Of a stretch of 64,000 nt of DNA, positions 13,675 through 26,256 are shown one piece after another. The position numbers and the translations under genes are program-made. Within the stretch, counting starts at the first letter, position 1. Each line of letters opens with the position of its first letter. This DNA comes from Octopus sinensis (Eukaryota): positions 40,238,001 through 40,302,000 of the forward strand of contig NC_043003.1 of assembly GCF_006345805.1 (NCBI RefSeq), read 5' to 3'. Under the pieces are notes generated by a model. That model saw nothing but the letters and a program-made list of their open reading frames with translations, was not told the DNA's origin and did no database searches.

Positions 13675-14038
13675 TGGAGTTAATATAACCGATTTAATCA
13701 CCCCATCCCGAAATTGCTGGCCTTGTGCCAAAGTTTGAAATCGTTATTACAGTGAATGGTGATTGGTTGATTCGCCATTGTTTGTCGTTGTTTAATAAGT
13801 GCTTTGCAACAGTCTGTCTGACTGTCTCCGTTGCTGTTAGAGATAGCAACCAAATCTCCCTTAAATAAAACTGCACCGTCTGAAATAAAGAAAAGATATT
13901 AGATAATGCTGTTGTACTTAACCTTAAATCAACAAGATGGTCCCGGAAGGCGAGGTCACCTCCATCAAAACTGGTTTCTGGCTACCCAACAATTCTACTG
14001 CCGGCACAGTCATTTCAATTGATTAATTTATTAAAGAA

Positions 14039-14561
14039 CTAGCAGCATAGCCCGGCATTGCCCGGGTATGTAAGAGCCCCTGGAGCAGACATGATGTTCG
14101 CTGTGAATTAAAAAAAATTCCTGCCAATTTGTGAAAGATATTGTCGAAAATATGTCATCTTGAATTTGAACGCGATTTCCCAAAATGGCATGATTTTATC
14201 GATTTTTTCTGATGGTAAGGTATTGCATGGAAAACTAACATCAGAATTAAGTTTCTTAGGGTAACATTAAGCTTCACAATGAGTTTGGTGATATTTGTTT
14301 GCAAGTTGCGAAAACTACAACAGAAAATGTGTTGCATATAAAAAAGCTTAGATTCTCGACCCCATGTCGAATTTATCGATTCTTTTCAGAACTGGGGGAA
14401 CTTTTTAAAATTTTCGCTGCGTTAGTTTTGAATTATGACATTGGGCTATGTGTATGTCAAGTTTCATCAGAATCGGTTGAAAGCCGTGGTCAGGGTGAGG
14501 GTACAACCTGACAGACACACAGACACACAGACAGACAAACTGCCGTTTATATAGAGAGAGA
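14039..14561 (-). mobile_element. Non-autonomous Helitron
   Basis: 5' TC(TCTCTCTATATAAACGGCAG), 3' hairpin CCCGG..CCGGG followed by CTAG, inserted between A and T. Confidence 0.85.
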
Positions 14562-14684
14562 TGAACATATATTATTACAGCCATTCTCTCTCTTCCTCTT
14601 CTTTCTGTCTTTCTTTTTGTCTGTCTCTTTCGCTCTCTCGCTTCCTCTCTCTCTATCTCTCATATATATATTTTTTCTCTCTCT

Positions 14685-14985
14685 AGTTTCAGCTCAGAGC
14701 TGCGGCCATGCTGATGCATCGCCGTTTAATACATACATACATACATACATACATACATACATACATACATACATACATACATACATACATACATACATAC
14801 ATACATACATACATACATACATACATACATACATACATACATACATACATACATACATGTGTGTTTGTGTTTGACGAACATCTGTACAGCTTCCATCTAA
14901 CAAAGTTTAGTCACAGTGTATCGCAGTGTGTTCGAACATGGAACCGCGTGGATGCAAAGCGAACTTGTTATATACGCAACCACAA
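14685..14985 (-). mobile_element. Decayed tRNA-SINE with a (TACA)n expansion
   Basis: CTGCGGCCATGCTG and GGAACCGCGTGG blocks match the 7120-7548 family. Confidence 0.55.
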
Positions 14986-15143
14986 AGGCTTTTCTCGCGG
15001 CCGCTAAAACCACTACCACCACGAACCACCTTTTCGTAACAGTCACAAACAAATAAATGTCTTCTCCTTTGGTTCCCAATTTAGTGTGATAAATAAATTT
15101 GAGTATTTATTAAACAAGCTATATAAAAATTTTACCGCTTATT

Positions 15144-15217
15144 GTCTCTGTGGCGCAATCGGTTAGCACGTTCAGTTGTTAACCAAAAGGCTGGTGGTTC
15201 AAGCTTACCCAGGGACG
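15144..15217 (+). tRNA. tRNA-Asn(GTT) probable pseudogene
   Basis: GTCTCTGTGGCGCAATCGGTTAGCACGTTCAGTTGTTAACCAAAAGGCTGGTGGTTCAAGCTTACCCAGGGACG is the canonical tRNA-Asn with several substitutions in the D, anticodon and T arms. A TTTT run lies about 9 nt downstream. Confidence 0.85.
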
Positions 15218-15289
15218 ACTTACCGTTTTAATTATTTAAATAGAAATATTGAAAAGATCTTGGGTAAACCTACAATAGTGTTTCTTCAT

Positions 15290-17080
15290 CTTTGTCGACG
15301 ACGACCAAGGACGTCACATGAGAGATAAAAGACAGTTCGATGCGTGCTCGTAAAGCTCTACCGCAGCTCGGGCACTGGTGGTCTTCTAGGACTGAAGACA
15401 AGGAGTTGGCTATGGATTTTCGCAGGTCGCGTTTTTGTGCTCCTGCGATCCTATTTTGTTTGTATGTGGTACCCTTGCCGGCTCAGTTTCACCATGAAGG
15501 GTGGGCTTGTTCTTGCATTTCCCAAGAGTCGGGGTTAATATCAAAGCACTTCAGTGAGGCTTTGAGTGTATCCTTGAAGCCCTTTTTTTCTGATCACATT
15601 GCGTACGCTTTCCTTCCGCCAATTCGTTGTGAAACAGTTTTTTTTTGAGGGGAGATCGTGCGTCAGTCATTTGAACGAGGTGCCCAGCCCACCTGATCTA
15701 CTCTCTCCTCAGCACCTCGGCAGACAACCTCCTTGCCTGGGACCTTATCTTGCCAGGGGATTTTCAACAGCATTCTCAGACAGTTCGTGTGGAAGCTGTT
15801 TGGTGCAGCATTTATAAACTGCCCACTTCTCACAGGCATACAGTAGTGTAGGGAGTACAACTGCTTGGTAGCCAGCCTCATGGCTGTCTTTTCCCAACAG
15901 CCATCCAAGTGCTGAGATATCCTTTGCGATGTGTGTGTTGGCTTCATTATCAATGTTCTCAGAACTGGATTGTGTGCTGCTAAGCTGCATGAACTTACTA
16001 ACAACCTTCAGAGTTTCCCTCTCCGACAGGGACAGTTGGTTTAACACGTTGCATTTGTTGGGCAGGTTGGTGCATAGGCTCTGTCTTTTGAGTACTGATC
16101 ATAAGGCCAAAGTTGTTGCAGGCAGTGGGAAAACAGTTAATACGCTGTTGCATCAGAGCCTCAGTGGCAGTGTTGAGTGTGCAATCATCTGCAATCAGGG
16201 CGTCATGCACTGAGTCTTCTTTCTCCTTGTTATTCGCCTGTAGTCTTCGCAGGCTGAAGAGTCTGCCATCAGTCCTGAATCTGATCTTGGCTCTGGTTTC
16301 ATCGATGTTGTGGAAAGCATCTGACATCATCGTCTAGAACATCATGCTAAACTGCATAGGTGCGAGTACACAGCCCTACTTCACTCAGTGACTGGGAATG
16401 CATCAGAAGAATCTCTATGGCCCAGCACTCAAGTTAGCATGCTATCATGAAACTGTTGCACCAATTTGTCTGGGCAACCGAGCTTTCCCATGATCTTCCA
16501 AAGCCCCTCATGACTGAAGGTGTCACACACCTTGGTTAAGTCTATAAACGTCATGTATAAGATTCCTGTTCTATTCCTGATATTTCTAAAGTTGACGTGC
16601 CGCAAAGATCATGTCTACTGTTCCACGGGCCTCTGTGAGGCCAAACTGGCTCTCTGGTTGATGCCCTCCTTCCAAGTGTTGAGTGAGGCAGTTACGAAGG
16701 ACTCTTGCATGTATCTTATCAGCGATGGCAAAGAGAGAAATTCCCCAGTGGTTGTCACAGAACTGCCTGTTTCACTTCCTCTTATAAAGATGGGCAATAG
16801 CAGCATCCTTGAGTTCACGAGGAACAATCTCCTGTTAACACGTGGCCTGAATGAAGTTGGCGAGCTTTTTTGTCAAGACTGTCCAACCCCTGCCTTGCAT
16901 ATTTCAACTGGAATGGAGTCGGAGCTTGGTACCTTGCCTCGTGAGGAAAGTTTAATTGCTTTCTGGAGCTCTGCTTGTATTGAAGGCTCTACCAGAGAAG
17001 TGCAGATATTAACTTGGCGCATGCGAACAATGAACTCAGCGTCGATAGGGGAGGGCCTATTCAGGACGTTGATGAATTTA
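15290..17080 (-). mobile_element. RTE-BovB-like LINE, 5'-truncated, with frameshifted RT
   Basis: FRTDGRLFSLRRLQA..ALIADDCTLNT..CNNFGLMISTQKTE and YQAVVLPTLLYACEKW are RTE/BovB RT signatures. Confidence 0.9.
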
Positions 17081-17269
17081 TATGTACGCAGCTACAGGCC
17101 CACAGTCGACGCTATGGCATTGGTATCACTATTAGGGAAGGCTCGGCTCAGCTCGGCTTGGCTTGAATAGAATAGAATGCCTGTTATCTCTGAAGCTAAA
17201 CGTGAGGAAAGGAAGAAATTCATTTAGAAATATAATTATTGAATTATACATAATAAAGTGGTGACTTAC

Positions 17270-17414
17270 ATTTGGGCCTTCAATTTTCTCTGTAAAAGAT
17301 ACGATAATCGTCGAACTTCTTCAGCTGTTGCTAAACTAACGGGCTCCTTTCTCCAGGTAAAATCCAGTAAGGCGGCATAACATGGTGATCAAAGAGTATG
17401 AGAATTACCAGAGG
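17270..17414 (-). other. Candidate isolated exon (unknown gene or pseudo-exon)
   Basis: Acceptor TTTCTTATTTAAG| and donor AAT|GTAAGT. The best frame, SGNSHTL*SPCYAALLDFTWRKEPVSLATAEEVRRLSYLLQRKLKAQ, has one TGA. Confidence 0.25.
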
Positions 17415-17539
17415 CTTAAATAAGAAATTAAGGTGAGCTTTTAATTAATCATGCAAATTACAGCCTATGCGAATATTCCATTTACTTCGAATATATTTCT
17501 ATAACAAAGAATTAATTTAAGATTAGATTTTGCTTCTTC

Positions 17540-19815
17540 CTGAGCATCATTAACCAAGGCATCCCTAAACCTCCGTTTAAAGGCTTTTGACAGCAGACAC
17601 AGCGTTTCACAAGTGGCGACCTGCCCTTCCACAAAAAGCGAAAGAGCTGTCTCTAGTATCTGATCAACCACGAATCCGGACAGGGCATGACGGTCAGGCG
17701 GTAGGTAATGACCGATGCAATAAACACATTGACCACCTCCGCCCTCCCTTTCAGGGATAGACACCGCCAAGACCAGGTCTTGACTACTGCAGCCACCCTG
17801 CTCAGTATCTCCGCCCAGTTCATCTCTATCTGGAGGCCTGGTCCAAACCAAACTCCCAGCAACTTAACCAGTCCCTCCGCCCAACGCCCAACAACGCTGT
17901 CTGAAGGCATCGATTTGCTAACCTAGGTGCCGAGCTGCAAGTCGACCGACTTTTCCCGGTTAATCTTTGCTCCTGCCACCTCCTCGTAAGCCTCAATAGT
18001 TTTACCCACTTCTCGTAGGCTTGCTACCGAGGTTACGCTGATAGTGATATCATCCGCGTAAGCCGTAACAAACTCCTCTAGACCTGGTTCTCTCGGGATG
18101 CCACCCAATCTTCGCAGTAGGGGCTCGAGAGCCATTATATACAAAAGTGGTGAGAGCGGACATCCTTGACGAACCGAGCGTCTGATGCAGAGCGGCTTCG
18201 AAACGAAACCGTTCACCCGAACTATCGAGTCAATGTTGTGATACAAAGCGATAGACCACCTGAGGAAGCTAAGGCCCAGGCCGAACCGCGCAAGCACACT
18301 CGTCATGCATAGATGGTCAACCCAATCAAAAGTTTTAGACTGGTCTAAATTGTACCAATGCCCCACCTTTGCCAGATTTATTACCAACCCTCTATGGTAT
18401 AGCGAATAAGATGGAGGGTATCCTGAATGGTTCTGCCTGGGATGACACATGTTAGTGCCTCCCCGACTATACCATTCGCGACGCGTGCCAACCTTTTTGC
18501 TAAGACCTTGGCCAAAATCTTCACTTCTGTGTTTAACAGAGTAATGAGCCTGAAATTCTCTATAACATCCCCCTTGTCCGGGTCCTTTCTGACCAACACT
18601 ACTACTCCCCGGCGCACAGATCTCTTGCCAGTTCGCGTACACGTCAGCCAGTAGTTGCCTGAACAAGTCTGGCATACATTTATACAGCTCGTACGGAAGA
18701 CCATCATGTCCCGGCGACTTACCCGCTTTACAGTCGGCCAAAGCCTCCATCACCTCCACAGGCGTGATTGGCCCTTCGCAAGACTCCGCATCCGACCCCG
18801 AGAGGCACGGTAGCCAGGCATCCCGGGCCACACTGGAAATATCGTGGCTTACGCCCCTCAACAAAAATATTTAGAACTTCCTCCCCTACTTCCCCGATTT
18901 CTGGGAGCTGTTCTAAAATTTTTTGGTCACCCTGCAGTATGAGGTTAAGCGTTTGTCCAGTCCAATAGGTATTTTCTGTGACTGTAGCCTGCAGGAGGTT
19001 AATATTATCTACCTTTTTGCCAGGACTGCCGCCATCAAGCTCATAGGGTTTATTCCGGGCGGAATTCTTGGTATTCTCACTTTTGATGTTCTCATTCCCA
19101 TGTAAATTGAGATTAACATTGTGTCTTCCGACTCAAAAGATTTTATAGAGTGTTTTTGTGCCGTTTCTGCATTCTTGAACCTCACCACGATGGTTCCAAA
19201 CTTCTTTCCTCTGGCTAGATATGTAATGTCCTGCCAGATGGGTCTTCAATTTTTTGCTCACATATTTTATCAATTTTACAAGCTTCTAAGCAGAATGTCT
19301 TAAAAATAATAATTTTCTTTTTTTCCTCTGTTAATTCTTCTTCTGGTATTTCCACTTTTACTATTCAATCTCGTTCTGTTATCATATCTTTATAGTTTAA
19401 TAATTCTTTTATGTCAGTTGACAGCTGTCGCGTTCCACCACTAGCCGCTAACGCAAAAAGTTTCTTTCTTTATTTTGGATGGTCCTTTCTTCGGTCTTTC
19501 TTTTCGTGTTCGTAACTCTTGGTAATGCCGGAAATTCGCTTTCCGACACATCACCAACATTATAAAAAATTAAGCTTTGTATTTTCTTTGCTTCTCGCTC
19601 AATCGATGATTCGTCCCCCGACGAAGACGAACTTTTCGGCATCTTGCCAGCAATTAATATTTTTCCCCACAGGGAAAACCCCAGATAGCTTTCGAAAGAA
19701 AGAAAACTATACTACAACAATTTTTTTCAACAGTAAGTCCAACAATAGGCACAACAAGAGATATAACAATTAACAGAAACTTACGAACACACTCCAACAA
19801 TAAATTTTCAGTAAC
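17540..19815 (-). mobile_element. Internally deleted Tx1-like LINE: ORF1 N-terminus fused to RT
   Basis: RT motifs KSPGHDGLPYELY, NFRLITLLNTEVKILAKVLAKRL, VRQGCPLSPLLY, AYADDI and FLWKGRSPLV..GGLGMP. ORF1 ..YMGMRTSKVRIPRIPPGI..VEGRKPRYFQCG ends abruptly at about 18825. Confidence 0.88.
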
Positions 19816-19821
19816 ACACGT

Positions 19822-20160
19822 ACGAAATACCGCTAAGCATTTCGCCCGGCGTGCTAACGATTCTGCCAGCTCGCCGCCCTAAAAGTTGTAATTTCATCAG
19901 TTCGAGTCTGCTTGGCACAAAGTCAGCAGTGTGTGGAGGTGAGGGAGTCGATTACATCAACCCAAGTGCTTAACTGGTACTTTATTCATCGATCTCGAAA
20001 AGATGACCGCAGCAGAAGGAATTTGAAGAAGTGCCGCAAAGCATCTTCCCAACGCTCTAACGATTCTGCCAGCCTAGAAAGGAAGAGAGCAAAAGTTAAC
20101 TTGGACGGGATTTGAGCTCAAGACAAAACTCCGGAAGAAATACTGCCGAGCATTTCGTCC
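19822..20160 (-). mobile_element. Cluster of Nin-domain SINE fragments
   Basis: Head GGCGGCGAGCTGGCAGAATCGTTAGCACG plus degenerate GTCGATTACATC..CTGGTACTT blocks. Confidence 0.7.
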
Positions 20161-20849
20161 AGTACTTCATTGATACTATCAATCCATTAATAATTAATTC
20201 GTTTATTGGCCACAAGGGCTACAATAATAATAGTTTTAATTCTTCGTACTCCTCTCTCCTTCTCTCATAATTAAGCAAGAAGGGTCAAGTGTCGGCCAGT
20301 TCATGATGATGATGATGATGATGATAGTGGTTGTGGTGATGATGACAATAGTAGCATGAGGATAGTAGTGGTCGTGGGACGATGATGGTGATGATGATCC
20401 TGCCAAGGATGTTCTGTGCAATTACGTGACATCTCACCCGTCCTTTTTTAAGTGACAGCATCCCTTATCTTTTCTTTTATCTCAAACCTTCCACCTGTTG
20501 TCACTTGACCTTTCGCCCAGTTTTGGTCCCCCTTCCATCATCCATCCACGTGACCCATCAGCCATTGTGTTTCTCGAACCAATTTGGTGGGCGCTGTGAG
20601 ATCGCTCACCATACTAGAAATAACAGCCAAATATCCCTCAAATCACTGTTGTCTTCTTACAAAAGAGTACTAGATACACTGCTAGAAATATAAACAAGAT
20701 GGTCACAAAAGCAACGTCTTCAACCATATGTCTCTTTGGCTAAAAAATAGTTGCAACAATACCTGGTTCGACTCTCCAGACTAGGCAGCACGTTATGTTC
20801 TTGAGCAAAACATTTCATTTCACCTTGCTCAGCTGTAAATATCCTCCTG

Positions 20850-22330
20850 AACCTACAAAAGAGATGAGTAGTACCAAATTACCATTCCTAAATAGAATGG
20901 CAATTAAAAAGGACCATTACCATAGATGTATACCACAAACACACGGACGCACATCAATGCCTGAATTTTAAGTCATGCTATCCACCACATACAAAACGCA
21001 ACATTCCATACTTTGTACTCTACTTATAGAAAATGGTATACAGCGAGCTACAAAAATACCCATACAACAATTGAGAACAACCGAAAGAAGAGGATAACTG
21101 GAACAGGTCATACCATTTATAGTGACATACAACCCATGTCACCAGAATATCTTCAACATTGCCAAAGCAAACCTACCAACCATTGCTCAAATGAATTAAA
21201 AAATATAATCACAGATCGAACTATGGTTCTTAGTAAAACTTCAAAAAAATTATTAAAAGGCAAAGTTTGACCTTAGCAAAAGAAGACCAATCATTCACTG
21301 TATCTAAATGCAGTGATAGCCGGTGTGGCACGCGTGCCAATTCATTCATACCGGCCAATATAGGAACACAAAAGCAGGGAAAATATTCAAAAGCAAATAT
21401 TTAATTTACTGCATCAAATATTCACAAAAGTAAAAATTTTACTTACTGCACCAAATGCCTAAATTGTGAAGAACTCTATATGAACAGACTGAAAATGCAC
21501 TATCAGAACGTTCACGTGTGCACCGACACAAATTAGAGACCCAGATGTCCATCAGATACCTTTGAGTAATCATCTAGCTAAATGCAGACGGAAAATATAT
21601 TTTCATTCTACAAACTATACAGTCCAAGTGAAATTGAGAGAAAAATCAGAGAAAAGAACTTTATTAATAAATACCAAACCAAGCTAAATATACAATAATA
21701 ATAATACTTAGAGGTACTCTTTCTACTGCTACGACCACTAACAACACTAAAGGTGCTCATTATGATGATAGCATGAAAATACCAGCTAAAAGTCAGTAAA
21801 ATAATCTTATTTTCGGGTTTAAGTTCTATTACCACAGCTACTCCTACCGCCACCACCGCCACCAACAGCGACAACAATAATAAAGGAGATGATAATGATG
21901 ATGGCGATAACTGAAATATAAAAATCCCTGGGAAATAATATTTACAACATTTCTAAAAATAGACCAACAATTACTGCTTTGGCCAGGGTCAAAACACAGG
22001 TCTCTTGACATGTTCAACAAACCGTGACGCCTAAACCAAACAATCAAATTAAATAAATTAGTAAAATCACACACTGATTGGTCAGAATACAGTTTGCTAA
22101 ATTTAACATTCTGAAACACAGCTTATCCACTGACTACAGTTAGAAATTGTAAAACATAACTGTCACCACAACTATATGAGTCTGAAGATTGCATAGTTTA
22201 ATGCATGAAAGTACTAGTTCAATCAGAATGGACATTTAATATCATTCTTTCGTTATATTCTCGTATCTAATATTACATCACTATAAGATTGTGAATAAAA
22301 CATAAAAATCAAAGTTGGAATTTCTTTGAG

Positions 22331-22332
<2 letters not shown>
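20850..22332 (+). mobile_element. Penelope-like element 3' part: decayed GIY-YIG endonuclease, 3'UTR/pLTR with hammerhead, ending in (TA)n
   Basis: CSDSRCGT..KSKNFTYCTKCLNCEELY..QT.NALSERSRVHRH..LSNHL..ERKIREKNFINKYQTKLN, read across frameshifts, is the Penelope GIY-YIG pattern. Confidence 0.85.
22177..22221 (+). ncRNA. Minimal type I hammerhead ribozyme of the Penelope pLTR
   Basis: UGAGU-CUGAAGA-U-UGCAU(AGUUUA)AUGCA-U-GAAA-GUAC-UA-GUUCA. Stem III is palindromic AGUACU; the 10.1/11.1 position is U.U and stem I has two G.U pairs. Confidence 0.65.
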
Positions 22333-22391
<59 letters not shown>

Positions 22392-22394
<3 letters not shown>

Positions 22395-22748
22395 TTTCAT
22401 TTGTTTCAGTCATTTGACTGCGGCCATGTTAGAGCACCGCCTTTTGTCGAACAAACCGACCCCAGGACTTATTCTTTGTAAACCTAGTACCTACTCTATC
22501 GGTCACTTTTGCCGAACCACTAACTTACGGGAGAGTAAACACACCAACATCGGTTGTCAAGAGATGGTGGGGGGACAAACACAGACACACAAACATATAT
22601 GATGGGCTTCTTTCAGTTTCCGTCTACGAAATCCACTCACAATGCTTTGGTCGGCCTGAGGTTATAGTAGAAGACACTTGCCCAAGGTACCACACAGTGG
22701 GACTGAACACGGAACCATGTGATTAGTAAGCAATCTACTTACCACAGA
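22392..22748 (-). mobile_element. tRNA-derived SINE
   Basis: Colinear with 7120-7548. Confidence 0.85.
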
Positions 22749-23149
22749 TACTCAGCGCTTTCAGATATTGTCGGTAAATAAGACTTTTTAACCGAAGGTA
22801 TTTTACCAGTGAACGTTCCTTGTAACCCTTCAATTTCTTCTATGAGACTGGATGAGTTAGAAGATTAAAATTGTAAGCAGTAATATAAACTGTTCAGAAC
22901 TAGGGTTTTCCCTAAATATAAAACTAACTACCAGTTCCCTAGTCATGAATGTTTGTAGGATGCAGCCTATGAGTTTGCTGCATTTGTGCCCTGAATCATT
23001 ATGTTACCGTGTGTCAAATATTGCGATTTGGGTGAATTCGTTTGTAATGAAGAAGCTGAAATTTTGAAGTACTAATTTTCATATTTTTTCTGGTTTAGCT
23101 CCTAGCCATCGATATTTTTGTGTAATTCGTTCCCTGATGTGTACGACGT

Positions 23150-23740
23150 ATTACAGGTAACTTAGAGAGAAATCTATTTGCAGTAATAGGTTGACCCCTA
23201 CCGTATAGGAGTTAAAGAACCATTCTCCGACGTTTCCTGTGATACCAAGATTTCTTAAATTATGATAGATGATTCCATGATCAGTCTTCTCAAACGCCTT
23301 AACAATATCAAGGTCCTCTTAAGAGATTATTAGAGGTAGTGTTATGATGCTGTAAGCAATGGGACAGGCAACTATTCCGAGTGTCATCTAAGTTGTTTTC
23401 CCTCAGGTATGTTATTACTTTTTGTCTTCGGACAAGGCATTGGATAATTTTAGACGTGTAAGACGTGAGGGAAACAGGTCTGTAATTTTTAGCTTCAGCG
23501 CTGCTACCTCCTTTGTACCTATATAGGTTTTATTATAGCTTCTTTCAATAGTCTCGGGAATATGAAGGTATCTGGCGACTTTTGAAATAGTACCTTTAAT
23601 GATTTCACGAGGCGGTTTTTGCACGTTTTTTTAGCAATATAACTAGAATACTATCTGGTACAGATGCTGAGTTTGAGTCTAAATCATTAATAGCCGCAAG
23701 TATATCAACTTCCATGATATTAATTTTAAGTTGAGTCTCT
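23150..23740 (-). mobile_element. CR1-like LINE RT relic
   Basis: KGGSSAEAKNYRPVSLTS..SKII and LDIVKAFEKTDHGIIYHNLRNLGITG. Confidence 0.7.
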
Positions 23741-23744
23741 GCAC

Positions 23745-24360
23745 TTGAGTTGTGGAATCAAAGAATTCGTTTGGATTATGCACGGGGCTGCGATACGGAT
23801 TATGCACGGAGCTGCGATACGGACGGAGAATACAGCCTTCCGCCTGTTGAAACGAAAGTGTCGGGGATAGAGTTTGCGATCATGTCCACGAAGACCTCTA
23901 TCCGGCGCTGGGGTGAAAATCTCCGCAAATGGTAAGTTTATATGTCCGTTGAAGATGTCGAAAGCCGGATGAGATCTCCCTGCATCCTCCGTCGTTCGAG
24001 TGAAGGCAATGCCAGCAGTTGGGGATGTTCCTCTTACGCAAGCTTAGACAAGCCCGCGCCCATTCGGGTTGCCAAGTGTTGAACCCGTTCCAGGTGTTGA
24101 ATGTCTTTCTGGAGATATGGGTTTGAGGTATGGATGCAATATTCGAGGATGGGTCGAACTAGAGTAATGTATACAGGCTAAAAGACGTCCATTTGAAGGG
24201 ATCGGTGGATGAGGAAAAGATTCCTTCTGGCTTTGCGAAATACAAAGATACCACGCCCACCAAGTCTTTTTCAGCCATGGTCCTTGTAATCCATTCTTCA
24301 AGAAGGAGAAGATTTGTTAGGCAAGATCTTCGGGGTAGAAATCCATGCTGCGAGTCGGAT
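23745..24360 (-). mobile_element. Second CR1-like LINE relic (internally deleted), including the 3' end
   Basis: QHGFLPRRSCLTNLLLLEEWIT..VSLYFAK, then RGLRGHDRKL..RRKAVFSVRI. A 24-bp tandem duplication lies at about 23772-23820. Confidence 0.75.
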
Positions 24361-24729
24361 ATATCTGTACCATACACAGATAATTGTATAATGCTTTGGT
24401 TGGAAATAGCTGTGGGAATGAATTGAACATTGTGAATAAAGACAAAGTCGAGTATGTTATTTTCCCCTAATTGGACGGGTAATGATGTATGGGAAAGTCT
24501 TTTGTTGTATCGAGGAAAGCGTTCGTATCCCTCCACTTCAGTTGCTTAGCTCCAGGCTGGATATATCCTCGCCAGCTAAGATAAATAAAATTAAAGACCC
24601 GTGTTAAACATATTAGCCGTATGCTGGCCTCAGCTAGGGTTACTTATGAGCGAAAAAAGCACCTCTTCGTGTTAACCGGTCGGATGACGGTAGGTAATGC
24701 TTTTAATATCATTTCCTTTGGTTCTTTTC

Positions 24730-24976
24730 TTTTTGAAAGCCATATTTTCCTAGTTAACTAAAACAATTTGAAACTTCGTATACTGGTAGAATGTGTCAAA
24801 AGAAAACATAATTGTAAACCAAAATGAAAACGGAATTGTAATTCTAAGTTTAACGTTGTTTAATAATTCGAATTTTAACCATGATATTCTTTCTTTCGGC
24901 CTCATATTATTTACTGCTCTCAAATATTGTTACTGTGACGCAAACAGTTATTTTGTGACGTAGTTAACGTAAACAT
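24730..24976 (+). repeat. Dispersed repeat (probably Helitron-derived); inverted copy at about 32620-32875
   Basis: Long near-identical reverse-complement match (TTTGAAACTTCGTATACTGGTAGAATGTGTCAAAAG..GTGACGTAGTTAACGTAAACAT). Confidence 0.8.
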
Positions 24977-25093
24977 ATAAATAGCTAACTAAAATGTAAA
25001 CATCTCCGCTTATCTTCGTGGAGTATATATAAAATTTGTGTAGATCCTAAAAGCGCTACACACACATGTATACAACATATGCATATATCGAGA

Positions 25094-25154
<61 letters not shown>

Positions 25155-26157
25155 TATATATAATATCACCTATAACACACATATCTAATGCATATGCATA
25201 TATGTGTATATATTATACATGTGTGTGTATTATAGATGCATACATTATATTATATAAAAAGATGTTTACATACAATGTATATATGTTATATACATCTACA
25301 TGTATATGTATGTATGAATATATAAGAACCACAGAATTTGAATCAAACTGTTTGATCATACATACACACACCACACCACATACCACATTACCATCCATGA
25401 GACATCCTAACATAATCAATGCTACTACTACTACTAACTATCATCATCATTATCATCATCATCCACTGCCGCCACCACCACCACCAACCACCACACCACC
25501 ACTACCTCTACAAAAACACCAACACTATAATTGCTGCTATCATACACATCCACTGTCACCACTACCACCCACTGCCATGATAACCACATCTACCACAGCT
25601 GTTTTCTTCTCTTCCCCACTCACAAAATAGCTCCTACGTCACATACACTATGAGCTAATAATTTCAAATGAAAACAGACAATATGATGGCTAGGATGAAT
25701 AAGTACTGGGCTTACAAAAAGAATAAGTCCCGGGGTCGAGTTGCCTCGATAAAGGCGATGCTCCAGCATGGCCGCGGTCAGAGTAACATTAAAAGTAAAA
25801 TATGTTTTATATGGACACATTAGGGTTAGGGTTAGTGTCCAAGGTTGAAAGTGTTTAGTTACAAAAAAATATCTTTCTCGATCTGCGCGGTTGAAAGGGT
25901 AAAGATCCCTTATATTATTTATTTAAACCCTTACAAACTAGAAGGGTTATGGGTCAAGAGGAAAATACACAATCAAATGTTGGGAAGGCCATCGGTTGAA
26001 TAAAACAACATTGTTCCTCAACAGAACAATAAGGCTCTATAGTTGGGGGGAAATTTACCCATTCAGTTTCAAAACTCAGTGGAGGCCAAAAGAGGTCTCT
26101 ACACATACATACGTATACACACACACACACTACATACATACATACATACATACATCA

Positions 26158-26190
<33 letters not shown>

Positions 26191-26256
26191 CCAGACAACT
26201 TCAGCTTTATAATATATATATATAATATATATATATATAATATATATATATATATT

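Noticed and set aside
16520-17170. 216-aa plus-strand ORF
   Set aside because: Antisense shadow of the RTE-BovB reverse transcriptase relic.
25820-25835. TTAGGG telomeric repeat
   Set aside because: Fewer than three full units, too short to call an interstitial telomere.
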